DNA of 64,000 nt from Amoebophrya sp. A120 (taxonomy: Eukaryota > Protista > Dinoflagellata): positions 2,591,896 through 2,655,895 of the forward strand of contig CAJINV010000008.1 in NCBI GenBank assembly GCA_905178155.1. The letters run 5' to 3'. Shown here one piece after another: positions 53,644 to 64,000 of this stretch; the stretch's first letter is position 1, and every line of letters begins with the position of its first letter. Below the pieces are notes generated by a model. It worked only from the letters and a program-made list of their open reading frames with translations. It did no database searches and was not told the DNA's origin. The translations under genes and the position numbers were made by a program.

Positions 53644-55872
53644 TTATGATTTCACGCCTTCACTTACTCCGTTTACTGTTCCCACCCCCGCCACCTCCCC
53701 CGCCGGAGTGGTTGTGTGTTGACGCGTGCCAGCCTGGGGATTTATCAGAGTGAAAAATACAATTAAGTACTGCTGCTCTCCCGACACCCCCAGAAAGATG
53801 GGATCAAATATCCTCAGAGTTGTCCTTTTGCGAAAGAAAGAGAAACGCAAGAACCTACGTACCACCTTTGCAAAAATGCATAATTATCCTTCTGACTGGG
53901 GGGCGCGGGGATAAGTACAGCTTCTTTGTTATATTTTTCATCAAATTCATAGTATTCTGCTCTGCTCTTCAGTTCCCGCATGTCCGTCCGGTGCTGTTTC
54001 ACGCGTTGCTCCACCCCCTGCTCGATGTCGCTGAGCCACAGATGCACGAGCAGAATTGCTAGCAGCACGCCGGCTACTAGAAATAGCATTAGGCAAAAGC
54101 AAACCACGTAGAAGCTAAACCTGAGATTCATTTGAAGTATAGATAAAAGTAGATAATGTTAATGATAAGATAAATATAAATTTGCATGGCATCTATGCAA
54201 CTAAAAACTTGTACTTGACATTCAGATTACCAAATGCACTATCATCAGGCGGGTGACGCACCGCACAGCTTTAAACTCACTTCTTACCAGTAGTTCTGTA
54301 TTAACCAGGCGAAGACCAGGACACCAAAGAAGAGAGCGACAAAGGCGGATGTGACCTTTGGCATCACGGACCCAAACACGTCAAGTACTATCGCATACAG
54401 GAAAAACGTGTCGGTCAGCACCACGGAAACCAGCTGCAGCCCGAGGTAGCTGAAGTGGAGGTGGTAAATAAGGTTTGCATATCACAGAGAACAAACTGAC
54501 GTGGAACAATGTCCTCACAGTCAATCTTCAGACAGAGTTTCTGTTTGTAGTGTTACAATGACAAAAATTTGTCCGAAGCAGCAAAAGCCTTATTTCGAAA
54601 AAAACATTTCTGCGGAAAAATGTTAAATACAGCAGAAAGAGTCCCGCGTAGAGCCCCATCGCTTGGAACATCAATTTTTGCTGTTGCTCCTCGCTGACGG
54701 CGTCCATGCTACCCGCCTGCACGAGAAATTTGCCCTCGCGTATGGCGGTAATCCCCCCGCATTTTTGTATGCAGAACCCGATAAAACCACCATCGACCAG
54801 GATGGCCAGGAGGTACAGGTAGTAAAAGGAACAAACGTAGGAGATAACGCCGGCGATGCAGACTTTGAATATCAAATGCAAAAATGTCTGGGTCTGGAGG
54901 ATGGTGACTTGTCATGGTAAATCTGCAGCATACAAAAATCTGTGTTGCATGAGTGCCAAAAGCTGTCCACTTTCGACCAAGTTGGGAAGGAGTTTCTCAT
55001 GCAGGAATGGCAAGGCAGAGCCCTCGCAGAGTCTGTCATGCTAAGTCCCGCATTCCAGGCCTCATGGGCCATGGAGAATCTGCATAACAAGTTTACACTC
55101 TCCCAGACCCAGACATTTTTGCACTTGATATTGAAGAGAAAGCTGCAGTAGGGGCCGAGCAGAAAACTCGTCGCCAGCGTCCAGAGCTTGTCGTCGATGC
55201 GCTCCGGCCCGATGTCAAACCCGAGCTTGTCGTAGGCTTTCCTTCGCTCGGCGTTGGACAAGATGTCGTACGTATCAAAGGGAAAAGTCTCCCTATGTTT
55301 CCGAGAACTTGCGTTGCTGATTTGTGACCACAAATCGGGTCTGTCTTGCAAGAAGGCACCCTCAGGCTGTCCGCCACATTATGCAGGCGCTTTGTGATGC
55401 TGTAAGGCCTACAGGGTAGCCGTCTGCCATGCTGGGCGCCTACACCAGAAGGCCCCCGCCTAGGCTCAGGATCTGCGTGCATTCCTCTACTGCAATACAA
55501 ATTTGATTTGTGTACACAAATCCAGCATCAGAAATTCCGTTTTGATATGGGGAGGGGGGATTTTCCCTTTCGATAGTACGCATCTTTTAACTGCGTGAAC
55601 GACGTCTGGTCCCCGCCCTGCTTGTCCGGGTGGAAACGGAGGCTCTGCCTCAGAAGAGTTTTTTAAGTATTTTTATGGAATTCATACATAATCATGTGCA
55701 GTCGCAAAGAGTTATTCGTGAGTCTGCCCAAGCAAATGCTGGAATAAGTACAAACAACTGAAGCAAAAATTGTAAGCTAGTACTTTTTGTAAGCCTTTTT
55801 GATATCCTCTTCCGAGCAGTCGAGTGATACGCCCAGCGTGTCATACGCGTCTACCCAGGGTAGACGCGTCAT
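53644..55872 (-). CDS. DnaJ (J-domain) membrane protein
   Basis: DAYDTLGV...EEDIKKAYKK|QSLRFHPDK...FTQLKDAYDILSNAERRKAYD followed by several TM segments; 2 introners plus GT-AG introns; last exon inferred. Confidence 0.88.
54870..55130. mobile_element. Inverted-repeat introner, family A
   Basis: TATCAAATGCAAAAATGTCTGGGTCTGG / CCAGACCCAGACATTTTTGCACTTGATA; TSD TTGAA; join SFLFKVCIAG. Confidence 0.92.
55273..55575. mobile_element. Introner, family B, opposite orientation to the 28484 copy
   Basis: TATCAAAGGGAAAAGTCTCCC / GATATGGGGAGGGGGATTTTCCCTTTCGATA; TSD GTACG; join KDAYDILS inside the J-domain. Confidence 0.9.
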
Positions 55873-57225
55873 TTCCGCTTAGTTCTGTCAGTCTCCGGCG
55901 CAGGAGATTTCGACGAAACTCGACGATTTGGACGACCTCGCAGATCAGCTCTACTGGTACAAGACCACAGGCACGCCGGGCGCGTTAATCCGAAACGTTC
56001 CTTCTGGAGGACAACGACCAATTCAGAAGTTACCCTGCCTCGAATCGAGCGCCCTACTGAAAGCGGCACTTTTCCAGCGCGTGAAGGACGGGCGCAACAA
56101 CGAAGGCTGGTATTGTAGATACTATACAGGTCGTACACGACAAAAGCGCTCTGCTTATTTGAAGGCGGATTTTTTCTCAATATTTTTCCAATGTCAGCTA
56201 CTTGGTCGCAGCCGGCTAAAAAGGTCGTGTTCGTAATCCGCAATTCCGCGTCTGCTGCAGATCTTCAGCCTCCTCCACCGGTGAATATCGATTCTGCCTG
56301 TATCAAGAAATCTGACACCAGTAGTACAGCCCCTTGGCTTCTTGGCGATTGCGCTCCAGGGTGAGCCGAGCTCCACTCCTCACCCCTGCCGCAGGCGCCC
56401 AGATACCGACGTAGTCAGACGCCAAGGGACTTTTTCGTACTTTCCGCATGCTCCCAGTCAGCTGCGTTCCTTTTCATCCTGTTGCCGTAACATAAGCATT
56501 GGAATTGAACTGATGTTAAACAACGCCGGTTTTTTGAAAAAATAACAATGAGTCCTGAAGCAAGCGCCAAGCGACACTACTAACGAGAACAAAAAAAATA
56601 AATGAAGTACTAAGGCCACCTGTCCTCGTAAGATGATCGCTGTTTACTAAAGAATTTAAGTAAATGCGAGTTCCAATCCAGTCGCAGGGAAAGACACTGA
56701 CGGATCTGATTCGCATGAAAAGCCTAAGCCGCACGGAAAATAAACAAAACAAGACCAGGCAGTGGCACTTTCACTTTGTCTTTGACTTTCGCTTTTTACA
56801 CAAATCAAAACTGCTACTGCAGCTTGGGCCGCACTTTTGTTGCGAAATTTTCCCACTCCGCAAAAACCTTGATCCCAGCATCGAAGAAGATCCCGATCGT
56901 TTACACTACACTGCATCTGCCTTCCAGATCGTGGCATCAAGCTGAAAGGTATAAAAAAAGTAAAAAGGGCAATACGGATCTGTTCTTTTCTTTTCTTACT
57001 CTTAGAAGATCCTGGCGGCTTTGATGCCGGTTTGTGGTCTAAAGCTTGTATGGGCTCGTTTCTTTTCTTGCTGTTTCTTCTAGAGAAAATGATGAACGCA
57101 GTCAATTTGCGAAGAACAAACGCCACAGACTGTACGTCCATACTTCTACTTGCCTACGCGATGTTTCTCGTCTCCTGCATCGACATCGCGATTCTTGCAG
57201 TAAATCACGATATGGATATTGCCGA

Positions 57226-60200
57226 TTAGATGAATACGTCCACAATTCGCTCTAGGTAGGGTTCGACAAAGTGTTTCGCCAAAGCCTGATACCAAGCCAA
57301 GTCTCGAGGACGGAGCCGGGACGAGCGATTCCCTCGCACATCCCCCGCAGGCGGCTCCTTGGCAAAATAGAAGCAAAATTCGAAGAAGCTCGTGCGAAGG
57401 AATGGTTGACTGCTTCGTGGTTTGCAGCTCGTGTGCGTGACACATACCGTCACACGGACTACTTCACCCGTCGGCCCCGTGGTGGTCCTACTAGATGAAC
57501 TGGTATTCTTGTTCAGAAAACTACCCCGTCCACCTCCTCGCAGTCCTCCTCTAGTACTACTATTTCCTTTCATACCGAAAAGCCCCCCAATGCCGTTGGT
57601 CGTCTCGACCTGCGAGGGGAGCGGTGATGTTGATGAACTACCGCAGAAGTCTAGCTCCCAACAAGAAACCATTTTGAAACTCGGCTCCTTTCTGGTGGTC
57701 GGGCATAATTGTTGTCCATGCGGAACAAGGGCGGGAAGCTGCGGCTGCCTGTTCGTGGTCGCATAAAGAGATGAAGCAAGAGCACCAGGGACAAGCTTAG
57801 TAGTTGCAGACGACGCAGAACTTGTTCCAAGAACCGCGTCCTGCCTAGGATCTTCTTCCGGAAACAAGTTCGCTCTCGGTGGCGTGTGCAACGTGGAAGC
57901 CGGCGCACCCAGCTCCTCCTCAAACTGCTCTGGGGGAGAGGAGGAGGACAGCCTCAGCTTCTTCCGCAGTCTCGTCTTCGTGGGCGATGGCGTCGGAAGT
58001 TATCCAGATTCAGAACAGCTGCAAGAACACCCTAGCTCTACCTCTACGTACCGAGCTCGTACTTACATCTACACATGTTATACATGTAGACGTTTAGCTT
58101 ATCACCACAGACCAAGTGATGTGATGATGTTCATCTAAAGGAAAACACACAGATTCATGTCACGACGGTAGCGAATAAAGTGGAACCAAACCCTATTACA
58201 AGCTGCACATCTGCTCAAGTAGATGAACGCTGGTGCGTATCTGTAGGCTGGTGCGATGTTCATGTTCTGTGCACGGATAGCAAAGGATGCGGATTTGTGT
58301 CCTCCCGCTCCGAGGACAAATCGGGGGAATTGTATGCGCTTCCCTTACTCGCTTGCAGCGGGTGGTTGACACCCCGGAGCTTTACTTCCTGCTTCACCGG
58401 CGTCGCCAGTTGCTGGACAGTGCCTGCTCCACCTGCAGCGTCCGTACTATAATTTGTCACCCTGACAACAGGGCCTGTGCCTGGTGCAGTCGCACTCGCA
58501 CCGGCAACCGCAACCTCCGGCGGTCGCATTACGTCGTCAATGAAAACAGCGAGCTGCCGCTCCTCTTCGAACGCCTGTCTTTCCTCCCGCCTCAGCACCT
58601 CGTCCCGCCCCGCTTTCTCCCGGGCAAACCGCAGGAGATGCAGGAAGGAACGGACCTTTTTCGAACATGTTAATAAACCGCTCGTGGTGGCGCAAAATCG
58701 TCCCTCTTCCTCCGAGGACACTATGCTCTTTTGTATGAATCGGTCGGACAGAAGGACCCGCTCATCTGCGCCGCCGGTGGCGCTTTCATCATCCAATTTG
58801 TGTGCAAATCGAGGTTCCGCCCACAACTTCCGCACGATCGCGACCTCAGCCCCCACGATGCGATCTAGCAGCTCCACTTCCCAATTTTGGACGAAGAAGT
58901 GCGACGCAGATAGCGCTACTGTGTGAAGTGGGCCAGGAACAGAAACAGGGGGACCAGAGAAATCGCCACCGTCTCGAGCTGCTGTTCTTTCGTCAGACGA
59001 GAGCCCCAAGAGCTCCTCACAGGAAACAAACTGCCGCCACTCTCTTGCCACGACGCTCTTGCAGTGCTTCAGCAACGAGTCGCTGTTCGCCTCTTGTTGT
59101 GCTGCAGTCGGCATAATTGTGGTAGCCTTTCCATCATCTGCAATTTTTCCGTTCTCCTCCAACAGAAAAGAAACAACGATAGAATTGTGACCCGGTGCGG
59201 GCACTGTCGCTGATCCTGTAGTTGCGAAGCGCTCCTGGAGCGGGCCACGACCATCTCCCTCCTGCTGTTTGACAACTGTGTCAGGGCGAGGCAACAGCGG
59301 ATCATCATGCTCCTGTGGTGGCACGACCTCCCCGTTCCTTCCGTCTCTGCTTTCAACGTCTACTTGGTGTCTCTGCTGCTTGCTCGTCTCTACTACCCGT
59401 GCTGTTCCTTGCACCTGTTGCTGCCTCAGGCAGAGCAGTTTTCGCACTGCAGCCTGGCAATACACGCGTATATTCACCAGCAGGCAGGGTTTTCTCACCA
59501 AACGCTGCCCGTTTTCCTCCTGGCGGGGCTCGTCGCCTTTTCCGTTTGCTTCAAATTTTGGCTCTCCTTCAAGTTCAACTCCCTCGTCCTCTCCATTCGA
59601 GCAAACAGGCGTTACGACGACGGGCACGACTTGGTGAGATGCCAGCGCGTGCTCTTCCGGTCCGAACAAACCGAAGGTGTCCCTTTCGCCAGCCTTTTGC
59701 GCGAGCTGGAGAAATGGGTCCAGCGACGAACCGTCGAAACAAGAGAAAAAAGAGCTTGCTGCGAACACAAACTTCCTCCCGCTCTGATTCCGCGTGCTCA
59801 GAAAGCAACCCAGCACCTTCTTGCGATTTTCCACTCGCCCGGTAACAAGATCTTCGTACCCTTGCATCAGCCTGGATACAAAATCTGGTTTGTGTTCGTC
59901 CGAAGCTTTCTGCAGACCCGCGATCAGGTCAGAAAATGCCTGTTGCACTGAAGACGGCGCCGAGATAATATTAAGCGTTGTTCTTCGTAGTATGGCGGAG
60001 CAGAAAAAAGGCAGAACGTCACGTCGTGCACAGATTCGGTTTCGGACCCAGAACATGATTCTTGAATGCTTTTTTACACATGGACTCGGACATGCGAGAG
60101 AAACAAGATCACACAACCTTAGCTTCCATAGAGTCGTCGTGCACCAATGATTTTGTGCGATTTAATTCAACCGGAATGGCGTGCTCTTTTTTTCAATGTG

Positions 60201-61000
60201 ATAGGCAGTTCTTCCGTTGTCTTCCCCAGAACGCCGTCGACAATTGCGGTGTAAAACGTTTCCAAGAAGCTCCCTAAAACAGCTAAAGCCGCAGTGGACG
60301 TCATACCACCTGGCGATGCAGCGGACAAATCTAGGGCTTGCAGTCCTCCCTTCAGATCTCGCATAATCCTCTTTCGCAAACGTAATTCCACTGAAGGGGA
60401 GTTATCATCAACATCTTCGCCGTTGCGCAAAACAGGATGAAAGCCAGCATCTTCTGAATCATCGTGCGCACGAGGAGGACCGGGCGAGGAAGTGCTGGTG
60501 CTCCTGCTGCGCGGCAGCAGCAGAACCACGAGGAGCCTACTGAAGGGCAAAAGCATACCCACATTTGCAAAGCCGGCGTCTCCTTTTCTTGGTCTCGGAG
60601 TTGTTCTAGTCGTTGCTGCAGAACTGGACCACAACTCTTCCGCACTCCACGAATCAAAGAAAAGCAGGCCGCCTGGCGGCACGACCCTTTGATGTTCGGC
60701 GAAAGTAGAACTCCGGAAAAATCCGTTCTCCTGTAGTCCTCCCGGTGCCGTGGCTGCCACGGCCGCCTCTGGTCGTCCCAGCGCCGTACCAGCACTACAA
60801 CTGTCTCGTCCGCCACGAAGAGCCTTGAGTCCGCCCTTCGTCGAGTTGAAGAGCGCATGGTACAGAGACGACTCAGCGAAGGACTTGGGCGGCACGTCCT
60901 TCTGGTGCGAATAAACCACAGTGCCGGAGTCCGCGTCGAGAAGCTGAAGAAGGTACATACTTACGTTCTTGCTCGCGCCCGATTTATCTTTTCTCCGCAC
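57226..61000 (-). CDS. Large hypothetical protein, probably multi-exon
   Basis: Consecutive long minus ORFs 60167-61000, 58260-60116 and 57226-57891; junctions not resolved. Confidence 0.5.
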
Positions 61001-61641
61001 TCACAAAAATTCTTTACCGACCAAAGACTTACTCGGAACGCACGCGTGACGACCAGGTCATCTACATGATCTCTGATTTAGCTACAAAGGAACTCACTTG
61101 AGATTTCGAAACGACCATCGAAAAAATGCCAATCACCTTGATCTACTCGCACCAGGCCAAGAAGAACAGGAGTTTGCCACGATTTATAAAGCCTGATCTT
61201 CGAGCCTTCCATCTTGGGAGGACGGTCGTCCCCTGTGGTTCAGCATCTTCCTTCATCAGTACCACCTATGCTGTTGTTAGTCATGAAGTAGATGCAACGA
61301 AGAACAAAACAAATGTCGATCCGCTTGTGCTCTTGCTCTTGTACAGTCGGAGTTGTCCTCCGAATGACAGTAGTCCGCATGAGTTGGTTTTCTTCCTTCA
61401 CTTTCACCGCCAAGAGTACTCCGTCCAGGAGCAGGGCCTGGGCGAAAAATAAAACCTAGGAAAATGATGACATCAATCAGGGAGATGGAGTTGAAACAGG
61501 GCAGTATCAAAATCCTCGTCGCAAAATAGATACTTACTTGTTTTATTCGTTTCTATAGTAAACCAGTAACGTGGTGCCAACAAATAAGCTGTCGATGGTT
61601 CTTACCCTACCGCAAGGTTGTTAAACCGCCAAGAACAGCTC

Positions 61642-64000
61642 CTACGCTGCGGATACAGTTGCGCCTGCGACCGAAGCGCTCTGGTCACCATACACCTTGG
61701 AGAGAATCTCCCGCAGCGACTGTTGCTGTTGTTCAACCTCCTCTTTCGATTCCAAACTCCTGCTTGTCGTACTACCTCCCGGCTCAGCTGCTGATGCAAG
61801 AACGACGTCCCCGTGGTCCTCGTCGCCGCTTCTGTTCTTGTTCGTGGCCAGGTGTTTCTTCCTTCGGTTCTTGACATCTTGCTTGATGTCGTGAACGATC
61901 CTCCCCTTGTCCATGATAAGAACCTGGTCAAACTGCGAAACAAACTCCAAGCGTATAAAATGCAAAAATGTCTGGATCTGGAAACTTGTAATGCTGTGTT
62001 GGGAATAGTGAATGCTCTGTAATGCACAGCCAAGCATGAGAAATATCTGCGCTTATTTGTGTTGCGTTTTTCGCATGAGAAACTGCGTTTTTGCATGACA
62101 GGCAACAGGGTCTCTTCTTGGACACGCATCACAAATTTTCTTATCATGCCAGACAAGCATGACATCGGTGATCTACGGGCAGGCTGTCCCGGCGGCGCTT
62201 TGGCCATAAGTACAGAGAAAAACAAAAAATAAAAAACAAGTGTAGGTAGATATACAAGTGAAGGTTATAAGGGAAAAATAAGTAATGCAGAGAAGACGAA
62301 AGTCGTAGAGGCAGAACTAAAGCTACACTTACGGGCATGGTCACGATTGGGCATTGGTGGGTAGAACGACGATATGTTACACTTCTATCAGCTGGTCAAG
62401 TACAAGGAAAACGAGAGCAGCATCGAAGAAGGGAAAAGCGCGCGTGCAGGGCAGCCCAGCAGCAGCAAAAAATGAAGACAAGAAGCAGACTACCGCCACC
62501 CGGGGTCCTACCCGACCGAAAACTGTACCGGTATGGGCCAACATACCACAAAAAGTACAGAAGCAGGGTAGGTGCTCGCGTAAAGAGAAAGATGACCGAA
62601 CCTACAGCGCCCGAGGGTGCATGCTCACCACTGTAGGATAATCTCTTTACCGTCTGCCAGCAGACAAGCTGCTGAAAAACAAGGAAGTGCAAAGCAAAAA
62701 ACAGGTTGGAGCCAGCAGGCCAACCGCATGACAAATCTCGCAATCTTCCAGACCCAGACATTTTTGCATTTGGTAAAGCGGTGCATGATCCAAATCACGG
62801 TGGTCTTCCTGCCCAGGATCCCGTCCAGTTGGTTCAAAATCAACTCTATCCTGTGCAAAAGTATCGTACTCGTAGTAATCGCAAGCATGCATTACAAATC
62901 TCCATCCCAAGGCAAAACAGCATGACAAATTCCATATGTCATGCTGAGCTAATTTGTATTGCAATTACTACTAGTACGATAATTTCGCAGTTCATAAGAT
63001 CATGAATCTTCCGGTCGGTCTCCAAGTCGATGTTCGCAGTCGCCTCGTCGCACAGAATCAGGTCGACCTCATGTTGATCAGCATAACTAGAAGTAGTACT
63101 GGCATTTTTAATACCTACGCCAGCACTCGTGGAAGAAGTAGACGTTAGCAGCGCCCGGGCGATCGCAAACAGCTGTTTTTCCCCGGCGGAAAAATCCTCG
63201 TCCTCGGTGAGCACACGCTCTAAATTTTCGCCGAAGACCTCCTGCATCTTCCGCGGATCCAGACCGATGTGGGTGAGGATTTTGAGAATTTGCGCAGTGC
63301 GGCGCTCGAACGGGTCTTCCTCGTCCGGCTGTGCAGCTGCGAGCGTCTTTGGATCCTCATTATGTTGAAGATAAGGTCCTACGGTCGGAGCCGTTCTTGT
63401 TGTACCACTGCTTGTCGTGTTCTTAGCTCTTTCTACGACGTTCTGCCGTTTTTCATCATCATCTTCCTGATCGTTTATCTTTCCCTCGTCCTCTGTGTTA
63501 CGTGCAGCTTCCGGGCCGATCATGTTCTCGCGAAACGAGATGCCTTTGATCAAAGCGGAATCCTGACTCACGACCCGAAAATTCTTCCGCCGAAATTCCG
63601 TCACTCGCGCTGGGTCCAATTGCAGCTGTCGCGGGGGCCCGTTATGATTTCTATTCGATGTCGTGTTGCTGTTGCCAATCAAACGGCAAGTAGCAGAATG
63701 ATTTATTTTCCCACCACAACCATGATCCTCCTGCTGCAGCTGCTCGTGCTCATCGTCAATAACATCACTATTCTCCTCAAAGAAAAAGATCCCAGACGAC
63801 GCTCCTCCACCCGGAGAGGAAGTGGAGGATTGTTTAATATCATAACCCTGCAGCATCGGAGCAGAGGGTGAAGAACTATTCGTGTTGTTGTAACTCCTGC
63901 TCGGTTATCAAATGTAAAAATGTCTGGGTCTGGAAGAATGCAAGTTTGTTATGCTTGTCTGGCATGATTCGAGAATCTGTGTTGCATAGGCACGAAAAGA
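61642..64000 (-). CDS. ABC transporter (ABCC/MRP-like), C-terminal nucleotide-binding domain; 5' part lies outside the window
   Basis: VVSQD (Q-loop), FSAGEKQLFAIARAL (signature), ILCDEATANID (Walker B), IWIMHRLEF (H-loop), DQVLIMDKGRIV. Confidence 0.9.
61954..62775. mobile_element. Family A introner carrying a nested 561-bp insertion
   Basis: TATAAAATGCAAAAATGTCTGGATCTGGAA / TTCCAGACCCAGACATTTTTGCATTTGGTA; TSD AAGCG; join IMHRLEF. Confidence 0.9.
62847..62996. mobile_element. Introner, family D (short, long TIR)
   Basis: TATCCTGTGCAAAAGTATCGTACTCGTAGTAATCGCAA / TTGCAATTACTACTAGTACGATAATTTCGCAGTTCATA; TSD AACTC/AGATC; join KIHDLILNQLD. Confidence 0.85.
63906..64000. mobile_element. Family A introner, truncated by the window end
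   Basis: TATCAAATGTAAAAATGTCTGGGTCTGGAAG followed by family A interior (GTTTGTTATGCTTGTCTGGCATGA). Confidence 0.85.

Noticed and set aside
62337-62641. ORFs within the nested insertion as a transposase
   Set aside because: Under 125 aa, low complexity, and no DDE or tyrosine-recombinase motif is visible.

Overview
Eukaryotic, intron-rich genomic DNA. All roughly 15 supportable protein-coding genes lie on the minus strand: VPS26, a divergent eIF4E, IMP3, a NIPA-type transporter, calmodulin, an MKS1-like B9 protein, Cdc37, a DEAH-box helicase, a membrane DnaJ protein, an ABC transporter C-terminus, and several hypotheticals. The dominant feature is about 25 short (150-420 bp, one 822 bp) elements inserted in coding exons. 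Nearly all have terminal inverted repeats beginning TAT(C/G) and ending (G/C)ATA, flanked by a 5-bp direct repeat (TSD). Removing an element plus one TSD copy restores the reading frame wherever both ends lie in the window and could be checked, yet the junctions share no GT-AG rule. The elements fall into at least four TIR families, occur in both orientations, share an internal TGTCATGC motif and show an age gradient; one carries a nested insertion. This matches inverted-repeat introners (non-canonical introns) known from the parasitic dinoflagellate Amoebophrya, an organism assignment that is my inference. All coordinates were read by eye, and gene starts are approximate where stated.
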